From: Lingula anatina
Lineage: Eukaryota > Animalia > Brachiopoda
Direction: 5' to 3'
Length of the DNA stretch: 64,000 nt
Assembly: GCA_051362555.1 (NCBI GenBank)
Contig: CM120643.1
Span: 17,426,848-17,490,847, forward strand
This document shows positions 37,101 to 50,300 of this stretch, one piece after another. Position 1 is the first letter of the stretch; each line of letters begins with the position of its first letter. The notes below the pieces were generated by a model that saw nothing but the letters and a program-made list of their open reading frames with translations, was not told the DNA's origin and did no database searches. Made by a program: the position numbers and the translations under genes.

Positions 37101-40100
37101 TCATCAGTTATACTCGTGGTGAAGAAACCATGGCGGCTGAAGGCGATCGAAGGAAAAAAGCTCATCTGTTCTATTATCTTTGAAAACAGAGACGAAAAAG
37201 GAATAATTTGGCCCGTAGAGCAGCAATGAATCGACTATCTACGGAGATAATATCACCAGAGATATTCACGGAAATATTAATGTTCGAAACCGAGATTTAA
37301 TTACTGTACCCCGCAGGGACGACGTGTGGGGAGGCGTGTGAGAGGTGGAGAGACTATTAAAAGATTAGGCGGTTTTTCTTTCATGTACGTCCGCCATTTT
37401 TAGGTCACCGGCTTTGTAAAGCCTGGCTTAATTCATTGAGAATGCGCTCTTACTCTTTCAAATGCCTTCACGTGGCCCATTTCTCTCCTTCTTCTCTTTG
37501 TACCTTGTGAGTTACCCTTGCAACCTACAACTTCTGGAGAATTTAGCATTGATTTACCCCCCCCCTCCCCTCCCAAACCACCCTTTCCCCATTATACATC
37601 ATGAAAATATTCATTACTTAGGTCTTATATCATCTTTAATGATTTCTGCCTAAGCTTTGTATGACTTAACATGCAACCATTAAGTATTCTTGGTCTTACC
37701 CCACCCCAATGCTGGAGCACTGACTGGTATCAGTGCCATAACATCTTGATGACTTTTTCTGTTTTCAATGACTCCGCAGATAATCAGTCAGAATTTGTAA
37801 TCAGAAGACTGGCGGCATGACTGTAGGCAAGATCACACTAGGTTAAAAATGGATCATTTGACTTAAATCAGAGTGAAACAGAGTGACTGTCTTTAATCAA
37901 ATGAATTCTAAAATGATATCAAAATACTGAGAACTTTTAAGCAGAACAGCTCCATCTCAGCATCCATCTACTTTTTATCTCTTTTTTATTTCCTCACATT
38001 CCATTAACTTGGCTTCCATCCTGTAATTAAAGCCCCTAACCCCACCCAACCCCTCCTCCGATTCTGCTTCCTTGTCTGAACATTCCATTACATGCCACAC
38101 TCCCTCACCCATACCAACCCAAGGCGCCCAAGCAACTGTTAACCCTGTCCACACCACTAGCCTGTGGCTTGAGCAAATTACTGACCAAGGGACAGTGGAT
38201 TTTGACACAGTAGGGCAGTAATCAAAAGTGACTGGAACACTGGCCTAGAGCAGTAAGGCAAGCCCTGTTCTTTATATGAAGCTGGCTTCTTTTAGGAACC
38301 TATTCTAAATGACCTCTGGCAGAAGTCTGTTTCTTTTTTTTTTAAAATCCTTTTTCAGTGGACTTCTCTTAAAGCAGTTACAGCCTACTTAAGCCATAGA
38401 ATGGAAGGTTGCTTGAAACTTACTAATATACAAAGCTAAAGACACAACTTCACATAAAAGTAATTTTACTCGGCTCTGTGTGGTGCCCCATTACTCCTAT
38501 ATCAAACAACATTTAACCAAATGCAGATAGTTAACCCAAAAACTATTATTCTATCTCAACTTTCCACCAACAAGTTTGAGTCACAAGCTTCAAAATTTCC
38601 TTCTGTGATTCTCAGGGTACGCCATTTCCTCCATGTTTCTCAGGGTATGCCATTATTTTATCAATCACCATTCTACCAAATATACACCACAAACTTCCCA
38701 AGTTTTGCATTCTTACCATGTCTAACAGAGCAGGTGTAACCAACTGTAGCCCTCCAAGAAAAAAAAAGTTCACGTCAGCCCGGCTACATTTTACTTTGAT
38801 CCACTCAGGCACAACTGCTGACTGTATATTACTATTTCAAAGCCAAAAGGCCAGGCCATAATTTATTGATAATGCAAGCGAAAATTCCACTCCCTTTAGT
38901 CAACATCATCAAAGAAAGCGTGCAGTAAAAACAAAGGGCAGTATTTAGTTCTCTACAGCTCTAAGCCAGGCAGATAAGGAACGATGAAACTCCAGAGCTG
39001 GGTACAAAATTTTCTGAAAGGGGGCCAGCAACATGGAAGAACTAAGTTTTATGAGATCCGCTCAGACAAGGACAACTTAGGGGCAAAACCTCGGACAAGA
39101 CCACATCAGCAAACAAATCAGTCAGCTGCGTTAGGTGTTGAAGTGACTTGGGTGCAAGGAGGTCTCTTTGTAACTCTATAGTCTAATGATTAAATTTCCT
39201 TTCTGGAGTAGTCCTCAATTTCCCTGTCTCATATAGTCCTCAATTTCCGGTCTCACATTGTCCTAAACACCCGATCTACAGTGATTCTTGTCTGAACATG
39301 TCACAGATGGTCAAAGAGGCCAGGGAACTGGCATTACAGCTGCCTTTTAGTTCAATGTCTGCTGCCAGTGCACTAAACTTCCCTGATAACCCCTTTGATG
39401 TCTCGGCCATGAAAACAACCTGCCTTAGTCTCTCCCTCCCCAATCAATAACAGAGTTAATTAGAAGATCTAGAACAATTAAGCCTGCTAACTAGCTTTCT
39501 TTTATCTACCTGAGCCATAACAGTCAGCCACATAACACGCGGCAGCAATTTCAGGCAATTACATACAGACTGTAGGGCACCAGTGCGCTCAGCGAGGGAC
39601 AACCTCCTAGAGGAGCAGCCAGACGTCTCTCTCACCTGAGGGTCAATGAGTACCTTGTGGACACTTCGATTTTTATTCAAAACTGCCTTGGGGGCAGTTT
39701 GAGATCTGAAGGTGACACAGTGACACACACACTCGAAGGAAAGGGGCTCTAATTTGTCCAGTTTCTGTCATGCATAACACAGTTGTGCCGAACAATGCAT
39801 GAAAATTCTGCATTAAAGGACTGTCATATCACTGCTGATATGTAATGGTGATGGCTAGGCATAATGGAAAAGCGCTGTCTTTTTGGTCCATTAAAAAAAA
39901 TTTTTTCAAGAGAGTTTTTTTTATTCCTGAATTTGTAATACTTATTTTCAGGCAAACCAGTGAAAGTGACTAAGTATTAAAAGTTGTTCTGAAATGAATG
40001 TACCAGGTGTAGTTATGCATCGCCCATAACCACCAAATATTATATACCTCATTGTGTCAATGTGCATAAAACACTATGAGGAACCTTCAGTTTGACTTAT

Positions 40101-43100
40101 CTCCCTCCTCTTATATTTTGAAAGTTTGCTGAAAATGTAAAGTCATTTGGAGAAGAAGAAAATTTTAACTCTGTTCTATGTTATAAGTAAGTTTGTGAGA
40201 TTTATGCCAAATTCAGAGAAAATCTTAAGCAAGTTTATAAAAAAAAATCTAGATATATGCAATGAACAAAACACACTGGGGTTTTTCTTTTCACATAAGT
40301 GACACCTTTGACATTCATGAATATGAGCAGAATACAATCAGACAAATCAAACAGACAATTATTATCAGCAATAGAAATATGGGAAGGGGGGGTGGGGGTT
40401 GGAGAGAGAAGACAGAATTAACAACGCCTCCAATGTAACTGAAGATTCAGGTTTATTAGCTGAGAGAATGTTGATCTAAGTACAGCAGTACCTCAGTGTG
40501 TATATATACACTACCACACAGAGTGTATTTGGTGACCCGTGCGGTACAATATCTACAGCTCTAATACCATAAATCAGATCCTCTTCCAGCGAGAGGTAAA
40601 CATGGCCGAGGTCAGGGTCGGCCATTGTGGTCATCACCTGCGAAACTGGATAGCGTAGCAAGTATTTTAATAACACAAGTTTTAAGAAATAACGCCAGCA
40701 ATTTTGGGGACGTGTCTCCAGATTTTGAACCTGTTCATAATCTCCTCTTTCAAATGCCTGAAAGATCTAAGCATTACAACAAAGTGGGATAACATTACTA
40801 CAAGTATTTTAATCGCACAGGACAAGACTTTGAATGTTTGTACAACATGTGGGATAGAATTTAAGAGATTTGTCTGATGGTGTTTTTATCAGTAGAAATG
40901 CCTCAAACATGTTCTATTAAAAAGATTTCTAATCCTAAAGCTGCTCATACATTCATTATGTTTAAAAGGTCTATCACACGGTCAACTTGTTTTCTTGACT
41001 GAGCTCACAAATCTAGGATCAAATAAGGCGTGTTTATACACAGACAAGATTCAGTCAGTTACATATCAGCGAATGACAATTAATTCAACGTTAATTCCAC
41101 CACCTGAGGCACAGCGGGATCTCCCTTAGGGATACTTCCAAATTTTGCCTCAATACCACTGTCCTTGTGCAACCACACAGACAATAGTCTTCAAAGATGC
41201 CAGAACTTCATGTTTACCTCATACAATTATAAATAAATATAAATGAGCTGAAGGAAATACTTCCTAAAATATCTATGCTCGAAGAGACCCCTGTGTGTTC
41301 AACTGAGAAGACGATCTATAGAGTTGGCCACCATCTTAACATACAAAGCAGTCATTCAATGTGTAAGGCTTCGGCAACAATGACTCTACTATCTGCCCCC
41401 CTCAAAGTCAATATATGGCCATGTCACAGTTCTCTCGCCATTTCACCTCTGGCTTTTGTGTCGGTTCTCTCCTTTTGTGGAGAATCTGACAAGATCAAAT
41501 GATGGAGTCCTACTGTTTCATGATGGTGTGGTGTGACTTCTAGCATCAAGCTTCATTTTTTAAATTTTTTTTGTAGGGCCAGGTGACATTGTGTAGCATA
41601 TTCATGAATTCTCTCCTGCAGTTGCAAACCGCATCATCACACAAAATAAAAATTCTTAAAAGTGCCGTAAAAATGGGGTCTTTTCCATCAACTGCTTCAT
41701 ATATGCATTTCAGTCATTTGACTTGTTTGTGTACGAAATAATGGAACCAGTCGCAACAGAAAATCTGCTGGCAGAGATTGGTAATGCTGGTGGTACTCCA
41801 CAAGTGTAAGTTTAAATATCATCTAGCTTTCAAATAAAATTGGAATCATATGTCATGGAGAGCAAGTGCTTTAATCCCACTATTCCTCACCCCATACCTG
41901 TGGTGATGCTGGAATTTCACCTCTTACAAGATGGCCACAAATTGCAGAGGCCAGTTTCACGAAAGAATGTAGACCAAAAATTGCTCTGAATTTAAAAAAA
42001 AAATGTTTTCAATCAAATTTGACCAAAGATTAATCGTAGTGGTCCACTTTATTAAAATACAGCACCAGTTTTATATAAAAAGAAAGATGAAATGAATGCC
42101 ACAAAGCAAATGACTTTACTGCATTCTGATGGATATCTGAAAAAGTACTGAAAATGGATCATTCTGACCTTCGATTTTAAGAGCACCAATTGGTCATAAC
42201 ATGTAAGTTCTGCTATGACAGTGGTAAAGCCACAGCCACTGGATGCTTGATGAAGAGAATACTGCTCTCAATGTACCTGTCCATATTTCTACATCACTAC
42301 TCGTGGCTCGTTTTATATAAAACATAACTACTCTGTTTGTACAAAATGTACGAATTCATCAAAATTTACGCTACTCAGCTAGTTTCACTTCAGAAAGTTT
42401 TTCAATTTATACACTAGGTAATGGTTAACTTATTGAACATAACTACTGGATAAAAAACTCATTATTTACAAAAGTTAAGGTAGGTTTTAAAAAAATTCTC
42501 AGGTTTTAAATATATAAGAAAATGAAAAAAAAACTGATGAGCTGCATTATGCTCACAAAGCCCTTTGGGAATTTCACACTAAAAAAGAATTGAAACTATT
42601 TAAAAAACACAATCCAAATACATCAAAAGAATCCTTGTGTAAAACACGCAATTTTCATAAAACAAACATCAAAGTCGTAAATCCAAAATCCTTTTATCAC
42701 AAATGCTGCCATTATAGATGCTGGTTCAAACATCAAAGTGAAAAAGTAATTAAAATCCAATGGGACATTTAAGTCAGGACATCACATACTGGTAGCATGC
42801 ACAATTTCAAAACCAGCAGGTCTGCGACATACAATTCCAGAAAGTAAAGTTAGCGCCACAAACACCTCGATGACAGCTAGAGCTTCAAAGGGATGTGCGG
42901 GCCATATTATTTATGGTGTGAATAAGTGCGGATAAAAATTGATATCCTCTGATCACAAATAATAAAATCAGACAAAGCCTTTTCAATACACTTCCAGCTA
43001 TAAAAGCTAGACAACTCACAATAAAATGGATGATGATATTCTTCCCATGAGTCCTAAGATTTAGTACAAATCTTTACAATAATTTCTAACTGATACCACA

Positions 43101-46100
43101 ACAACGGTATAAAAAAATTGGTCAAGTTCACACTATGTCAAGAAGGATTGATCTCAATAGCAATGGCCCTAGAGCAAAACAAATTGGGGATGAGAAGTTA
43201 TAGATAGAAGGTACTTTAGGTCAACCCATCTTTACAGTTACCAATAGTACAGATGCATCCATTAATTTCTACCTTATCAGTCCTATTTTGTTTTAACACC
43301 ACAAGGGCCATATTCTGCTTGAAATGTAACAAAACATGTGTCTTTTAACTAAACCATCTTCAGTTAAGAGTCTGGCACGCACGCTTTAAAGGGTAATGCC
43401 CCCTTCGCATGCAAGGACAGTCATGTCAGGGTTATCTGATCCAACCCGCAGATTAAGTTCATTCATCTTAATGAAAAAGAATTAGAAAGATTTTAAGTCC
43501 TTTTTCTGTAATTTAACATGGTCTTGTCTTTTACTTTGCAGATTTGGTAACTTATCTGGACAAAAACTTTTCAGTAGATCACATGTTTCATACTAAGAAT
43601 GTACAAGACACGATCTAGTAAGTAAGCTGGAGAAAATATCTGCTTCATGCCTAGTCATTACAAAGTAAAGGGCCCCAAAACAGCCTACAGGCTTTTCTTA
43701 AGTTTCTTCACAACTCCACTGCATTTCAAAAATACTTTTTACATTTCAATTTCTATTTGGTGTTTACAAACAAAGCCTGACCTTGTTCTTCCGACTTGCT
43801 AATATTGTCTACGGACCCCCTCTGCCTGAAGCCATTTCACGCCTGGGTGAACAACCCGCGACGATTAACATAGGCAGCCAAAAGGTTTGGCGCCTGTTTA
43901 AAACTTGGGCAGGTTGGTGCCTTCTTCCTTGGCCTCTGAGAGGAGGTCATCGTAAAAAAAAAAAAAAAAAAAAAAAAAAGGAAACATCTCTCATACCTAG
44001 AATTAACTTCCATCAACCTCAAATAGAAGTACACTGATGATAAGTACCTTCTGACATGTTTGTATAATTTTGCTGATGGTTTCTTTGTCGTGCATATTCT
44101 ATGATTTTTATTGTTTTGCTTAGGGAATTATGATTTTCCACATAGTTACCAATATTTGGGGGGTGGGGGGGAGCAATGATTTACTGAAGAAAAGAAGAAA
44201 ATTTACAGTTTTCAGGTAATGAATTACCTGTCTATAAATCAATGCTTAAAACAGCACACGTAGCTTATCCATACATCTAATCAGTGAAGATACCCATTAA
44301 GTCAATTTTCTTAGAGATATTTTCAAAGAAACAGATGGAGAGGATGTAGGCGTACTGAGATTTCCCAAACCCTATCTGCCTGCCGACTCTTTTTGATCCG
44401 GCAATTATCTGCCCATATAGTACTTAACAGCACCCGCACTGCATTCTGAGTGTAGCATTATTTGATGAGAAATTACCCAATCAAGTTCTTATCGAAAAAA
44501 GCTTTTGATCTTGTTATTAGGTTATTCTCACCACTTTGAAATCAGTATGTAGCGTTGGTTGGCGGAGAGAGGCTGACTGTGATGATAGAGGTTGAAGCCA
44601 GAAAGGTCAGCTGGTGAACACCAACTACGAGCTATTTTGAATCTCATTTTATGGCTCTGCCTCCCAACTGCAGAAGATGACAGTTAGCGGCAGGTGCAAC
44701 ATTTGATGTTCAAAAGCTCAAAGAGAGAGATAGGAGCCACATTTTTTATACAATCATAATAATAGTTTGCTCCCTGTAAACTAAAGTCTAAAATAAAGCC
44801 CCTTAGGAGGAAGGCAAACCACAGTTGCAATATAAATTAGAATGCCCTTTTCTCCCTATCCAAAACATGGCTTAAAAACATACAAGTCTACTACCAGAAT
44901 TTTTATGAGTTTTCTTTTTAAACACATTGAAAACAAAACACTTCATTTTTATTTTGTGTTACCATCATAATGTAGCTTTTGAGGAAACCTCTTTTCATCA
45001 TATTAATAAAACCTGAGTTGCATTCACCACAATGCTGTGCTAATAAAAAAATAGAGTGAAATGTATCTATACCAAAACTGTTTATGCAATATGTTCTGTA
45101 AAAAAATATTAAGAGGCTAGTTAACAGTTAAATTGCATGTCTAGACTCCAAAGTAAAAATTTAACATTGAGGTTGAATGATTTCTCAGCAATCCCGACAT
45201 CCCCCCCTCCACCCCACCCACAAACCCATACCAAGGACACCCAAATGTGCATCAGACATTCATAATAATATGGCCGTCTGGTGAAACATTTCTGACCAGT
45301 CCTTTTGTAGCTTAAAACTGACCAAAATACACGGCTGTGAACTAGGCATAGAAACTTCAGCCCACACAAAGAGAAATCTGTCGGCTGCTTTCTTTTGATC
45401 TTGTTTTATTACCTATCGCTGTGTTGTTTCACCTGGCAGCGATCACCCCAGTTAGCTTGGTTGGCACTCTGAGCTATCATTGCCTTCTATCTCCAGTGAA
45501 CCACAACTAAACTACTCTGTAACAGTTCCACCGCCTTTTGTACACACGACCATTTTCCGTAACAATTGCTCAAGTCAGACAGACACGCACACACTCCCTC
45601 ACACACAGCACACCGACCTAACAACACTTAAAAGAAATCTGGCTTTATGGACGGAGTGCGTCGCTGCAGCAGATCAAAGAACTGCAAAGCAGAGATAAAG
45701 TATCAAATGCACTCAGCTTCTATATGCCTTCCATTCATTAACAGGGCAGAAAAAATAAAATAAAATCGCCCTAGTAGTTCTGCAAGTTTTAATTATAGCT
45801 AGTCTATATGTACATGCAATCACTTCTTTATCCTGGTTGTCTGTTCTGTTAATTTTTAATTTCTTTAGAGGTTCCACATCAAACGAACCCACATCAAACA
45901 ATTTCAATAAGACGTGATATGATGGACCCCTCCTGTCTCCAGTGGGTTAGTTTCTTATTTCAGTGTCTACAGCTATGTTCGTAACTGATCCAAAACAGAC
46001 TGGAAACAGTTCAAAATGCACCCTTTCATTTAAGCTGGGACTGTTTTACTCTACTACTTTAGATAAAAATGTGGGATTTTCAATGTCTCACCAAAAGAAA

Positions 46101-47312
46101 CTACCCTCCTCCCTCTGCCTTCCTGCCAATTTGTACTATCTACTGAGCTGGTACGAACTAATTTAAACCATCGCAACTTGGACTGGAAGTGCGGCCACTG
46201 GCACACACTTGGGAGGGCACCAGGAAGAGAACAGCATTACTTTGGTTTCATTTATTACATGGCGGTTCAAACTCTTGCCAGGGTGTAAATTAATCCTCCG
46301 CTGGCCTAATCTTTATTCTGTGTGCGAGAGACAGGATCAAAGGAAACACCGCCACAGTGAGAAAACTTCGCTTTTTACAAAGAGAGGGGAAGGTGACTTC
46401 CTTCATCAATTTCTCAAACAGAACACTAAATAAAATGTTTTTTCTTTCATCTGCCAAGACAGAAATAAAACTGTTGAGGTTGCAATATTAATACTAATCA
46501 ATGCATTGTTTCAGAACCTCTTTCAACATCCTGGCCATAAAAAATATCTGGGCTGCAAGCCAACTGATAATGTCATTTCACTTGTTAACCTGTCACAAAG
46601 GTCTTAACTCAAAATAACCAAGTTGGGTTGTTTTTAAAGGTAAATGATGAGAATGCAGGTTTAATAGAGCCTAATGTACTGTTATAGCAGTGTATTTCAC
46701 CTTCAAAGAAGGATCTACATTATATTTCATTTCGACAGAACTGGAATAATCACTGCGCACTTAATACATTTAAATAAATCAACACCTTTACTAGTACATG
46801 CCTTCAGAAAGCTACCCTAGACGTAAAAATATAAATCTCCTGACTGACTTTTTTCATTGCACAGAAAAAAAATCCCAAAAGGCAATTACCCGAGAAAGAT
46901 CAAATTTATAGCTAAACTATGAGAACAGGGATGTGGGTACACCCCTATAAAACTGAAAGATCAAAGAGGCCGCATAGCAGATGCAGCCCTCAGTTCTCTC
47001 TCAACCCAGTAGAGTGATCAAAGATCGCAAGAATTAGGAAAATTACCACACACGCTTGGTGGAGGTTGAAGTACAATACTTCCCTAGTCAAATTCATAGC
47101 ACTTTTTAAGCAGCCTTCTTATTCCTTTTATTTATTTTTTTATATATATTTTTGACTCAAACTCTTAATTTGGAAAAGGTAGACGGACAGGGTAGAAAAA
47201 AATGTTTATTTATTTATATATTTTATTTTTTTTTTTTGTTATTTTGAAAAGGTTTGACGCTGTTTGATCTAAGAGACTCAGAAAGGTTAGGGCACTTAAC
47301 CCTATCCTCCCC

Positions 47313-47343
<31 letters not shown>

Positions 47344-50300
47344 ACATTGGAGTATCTGCTTTAACTCTTCACATGAGTTCATAGGAGATAAAACAGTTGA
47401 ATGCATATACTGTATCATTTATATCACATGTTCATTCCTAAATTTTTGACATTTTACAAGTATTTCAGGTTTCACCCTAACTTTCAGTCATTAGGATTGG
47501 CCCATCAGGATATGTATAGGGCCTAGCCAAAAATGGTGTTCTCCGTCACTTCTACTTATATATAATATATTCCCCTAGCAAAATTGTTGAACTCTATTTT
47601 CATGTCTGATGTCTCTCATTGAAACAGATTTATGTGCACTTTGAGTGCACTGAATTGTTTACATCCCTTATCAAGATTCCAGTCAATTATTCATATATTT
47701 TGATTTCATTTTTTTGGTTAAGACCTAAGTGAAGGTGACACGTAAAACAAACTAATGTGAGTTTCACATGAAGAAATATCATCATAAGAAGTTGTTTACA
47801 TTTCAAATCTGAATTTCCTACTGGAATTCACATAAAGATATTCGGATTTGGCACTTGCATGTGCCACCCACGGACCCGAAATAGCCCTTCAAAACACAAT
47901 ATCTCTGATAAAATCTCAAAATATTTTCAGATACAGAGGTCACGAAACAAACCATAAACGTGCACTTGATGGAATTTTTCAAACCACAAAATTACTTCAA
48001 AGTCTGTACATGTGAAAAGTAAAGTATTAACTCTTTTACGCTTTCAATAATTCCACTCTTTTTTATCTGATATATTCCACAGCAAAGCACATTTAGGCTG
48101 TAAAATCTTACTTGGGCCACAATTTTTTTGCATTAATTTGTACAAGCTATTCCATTAACACAAAACTGAAACAAGACAACATGGCCAGACACTTAACATT
48201 TCACAATTTCAGTAGGACAAAAAGAGTTTACTGAAAACAAATATTATAAGAAAGGCACCTGCGACACAGACAATATTAAGTGACGGCAAGAGACAACTCT
48301 GCATAACTTTCATTCTATGTCTTTCTACATCTCTGATCAAATGTCATATTGATGCTATCAATGTATCTGCCAGCTTGGACACTGGTGGTGAAGGTTCTTA
48401 TTTTTGTCCCTATGATCAGAAGTACACGTCCCCTGCGTGAATGCATGGCATGCATGACTGGGTCGCGACATTAAGTGTTTGATTAAAGCTCATAGCTTAA
48501 CCTTGGCGCAATTTGTGTCGCATAGGTGAAATAATGCAACACTATACTACACTACAAATGCTTCCCTTCTTGGCACATCCTGTCCTATAGTGAAGTAGAA
48601 CCACTATACAACATCAACCCATGACTCTGAATATCGTCTATTTTCATGTACAAGGAAAAACCACCATTTTGTTAATCTATTTCAGTAAAATAACTGTGAG
48701 CCTTTTCTTTATGTTTCTAACATCAAGCCATCACCCCCGTGTGCCCTCAAACAAAGAGCTTCCGGCTTCACCAAGCAAGGCTTGAGCCTCTGTGAATGGA
48801 AACCAACCCTCCGATGATCTCAGATTTATAAAATCAACCGCATTCTTTCCACATAACACCTATACACAGCACTGAACTGGGACTGCTTACTCTAGAGCTG
48901 TGTGGACAAAAATTTCAACCATTCATCCCAAATTCTACGATATTGATAAGTTGTGTTTACTCAGTAAACACCCCCTGCCGCACAGGGTCAGGTGATAGTA
49001 TGGAGCTGAGCGCCAGCAGTGATGTAACACTCGTACAGCGTCAACACTAAAATACAAAACACAGTTTGGCTTGAAGATAAACTGCTCGCATACAGTCCCT
49101 AACAGTGCACGGACCCTATTATTCCCTTTACCTTCTAACACTCCCACGATATCCAACTCAATGGGAATAGAAAACCCTGAATACTTTCATACTATATTTC
49201 AATCAATTTTTTCCCCAAGCTGATGGAAAGAATTGCCAATGCCTGTATATAAATACATATGCAGCATGTTAGCTTTCTATGAGCTTACTTCTAATAAATA
49301 AAATTTCTTTTGAAGTGACCAGGAGTCATGGAGACCTCCCCACTGCTGTTACTTATTAATCATAGGATTCTGTGAGCACAGTCAGAATCACTTCCGTAAA
49401 CGATTCCCATTGGAAAAAGATGAAAATACTCTTATCATAGAACAAACTTGTAAAAACCAGGATTCTTTATATTTGTCATAAATTTCTCTCGAGTGCTGAA
49501 GCAGGTTTCACCCACAACTTTTCCTTTTAAAAATATATTACAAACTTGCTTCCCCCATTCCTCCTTATCAGGCTCATACAAACTGTAGTGCAACTTTGTA
49601 ATTAAATTTCACGATTCAAAATTCTAATCTAAACAACTTCCAAGTTCAAATAAAAAGGTAAAAAAAAAAAAAAAAAACTCCACATAAATTCACCAATTCT
49701 TGAACATTTCACATAAAATCCAGCAACCACCTTAACTCCATTTTACACAAAAAAGGGGGGGGAGGGGGGGGGGAAGGGGGGTAAAATCAAGTTAATATAT
49801 GAGAAATTCAATGCTACCCCTGAAACTTGGGCAGCCCTGATTCAATCAATCTTCTGCCTGTCACCCAATAAACCTTTCCCCAAGTTTACAACCACAGCGG
49901 CCATTGGCCAACAAGAGATAGAGAGGCCCACTTGTGTACATCTGGGCAACTGAACCTAATGGCCTCAATGGCTCCAGTCTCGATCTTGATAATAGTGTCC
50001 CAGGTGAAGAGCTAGATATATCTAATCCTTGGCATAAAATGATGGTCCCGCGCTGACAACAAACTGTGATTTTAATTTCAAAAGATAAGACGGTTGTGTG
50101 AGAATCTCCCCGTTTCGATGATCATATCTTTAAATTCAGTTATGTTTGTGCAGCTTACTCTTTTCTGATTAGTTATCTTTCTCTGTTCTAGAAAACAAAT
50201 TTTAACATTGCCAAAATGACGAAGGAATACTAATGGATTGAAACTCTGCCAAAAGATTTACAAATTCTTAGAGAAGTCAACATCTTCATTACCTGTTTAA

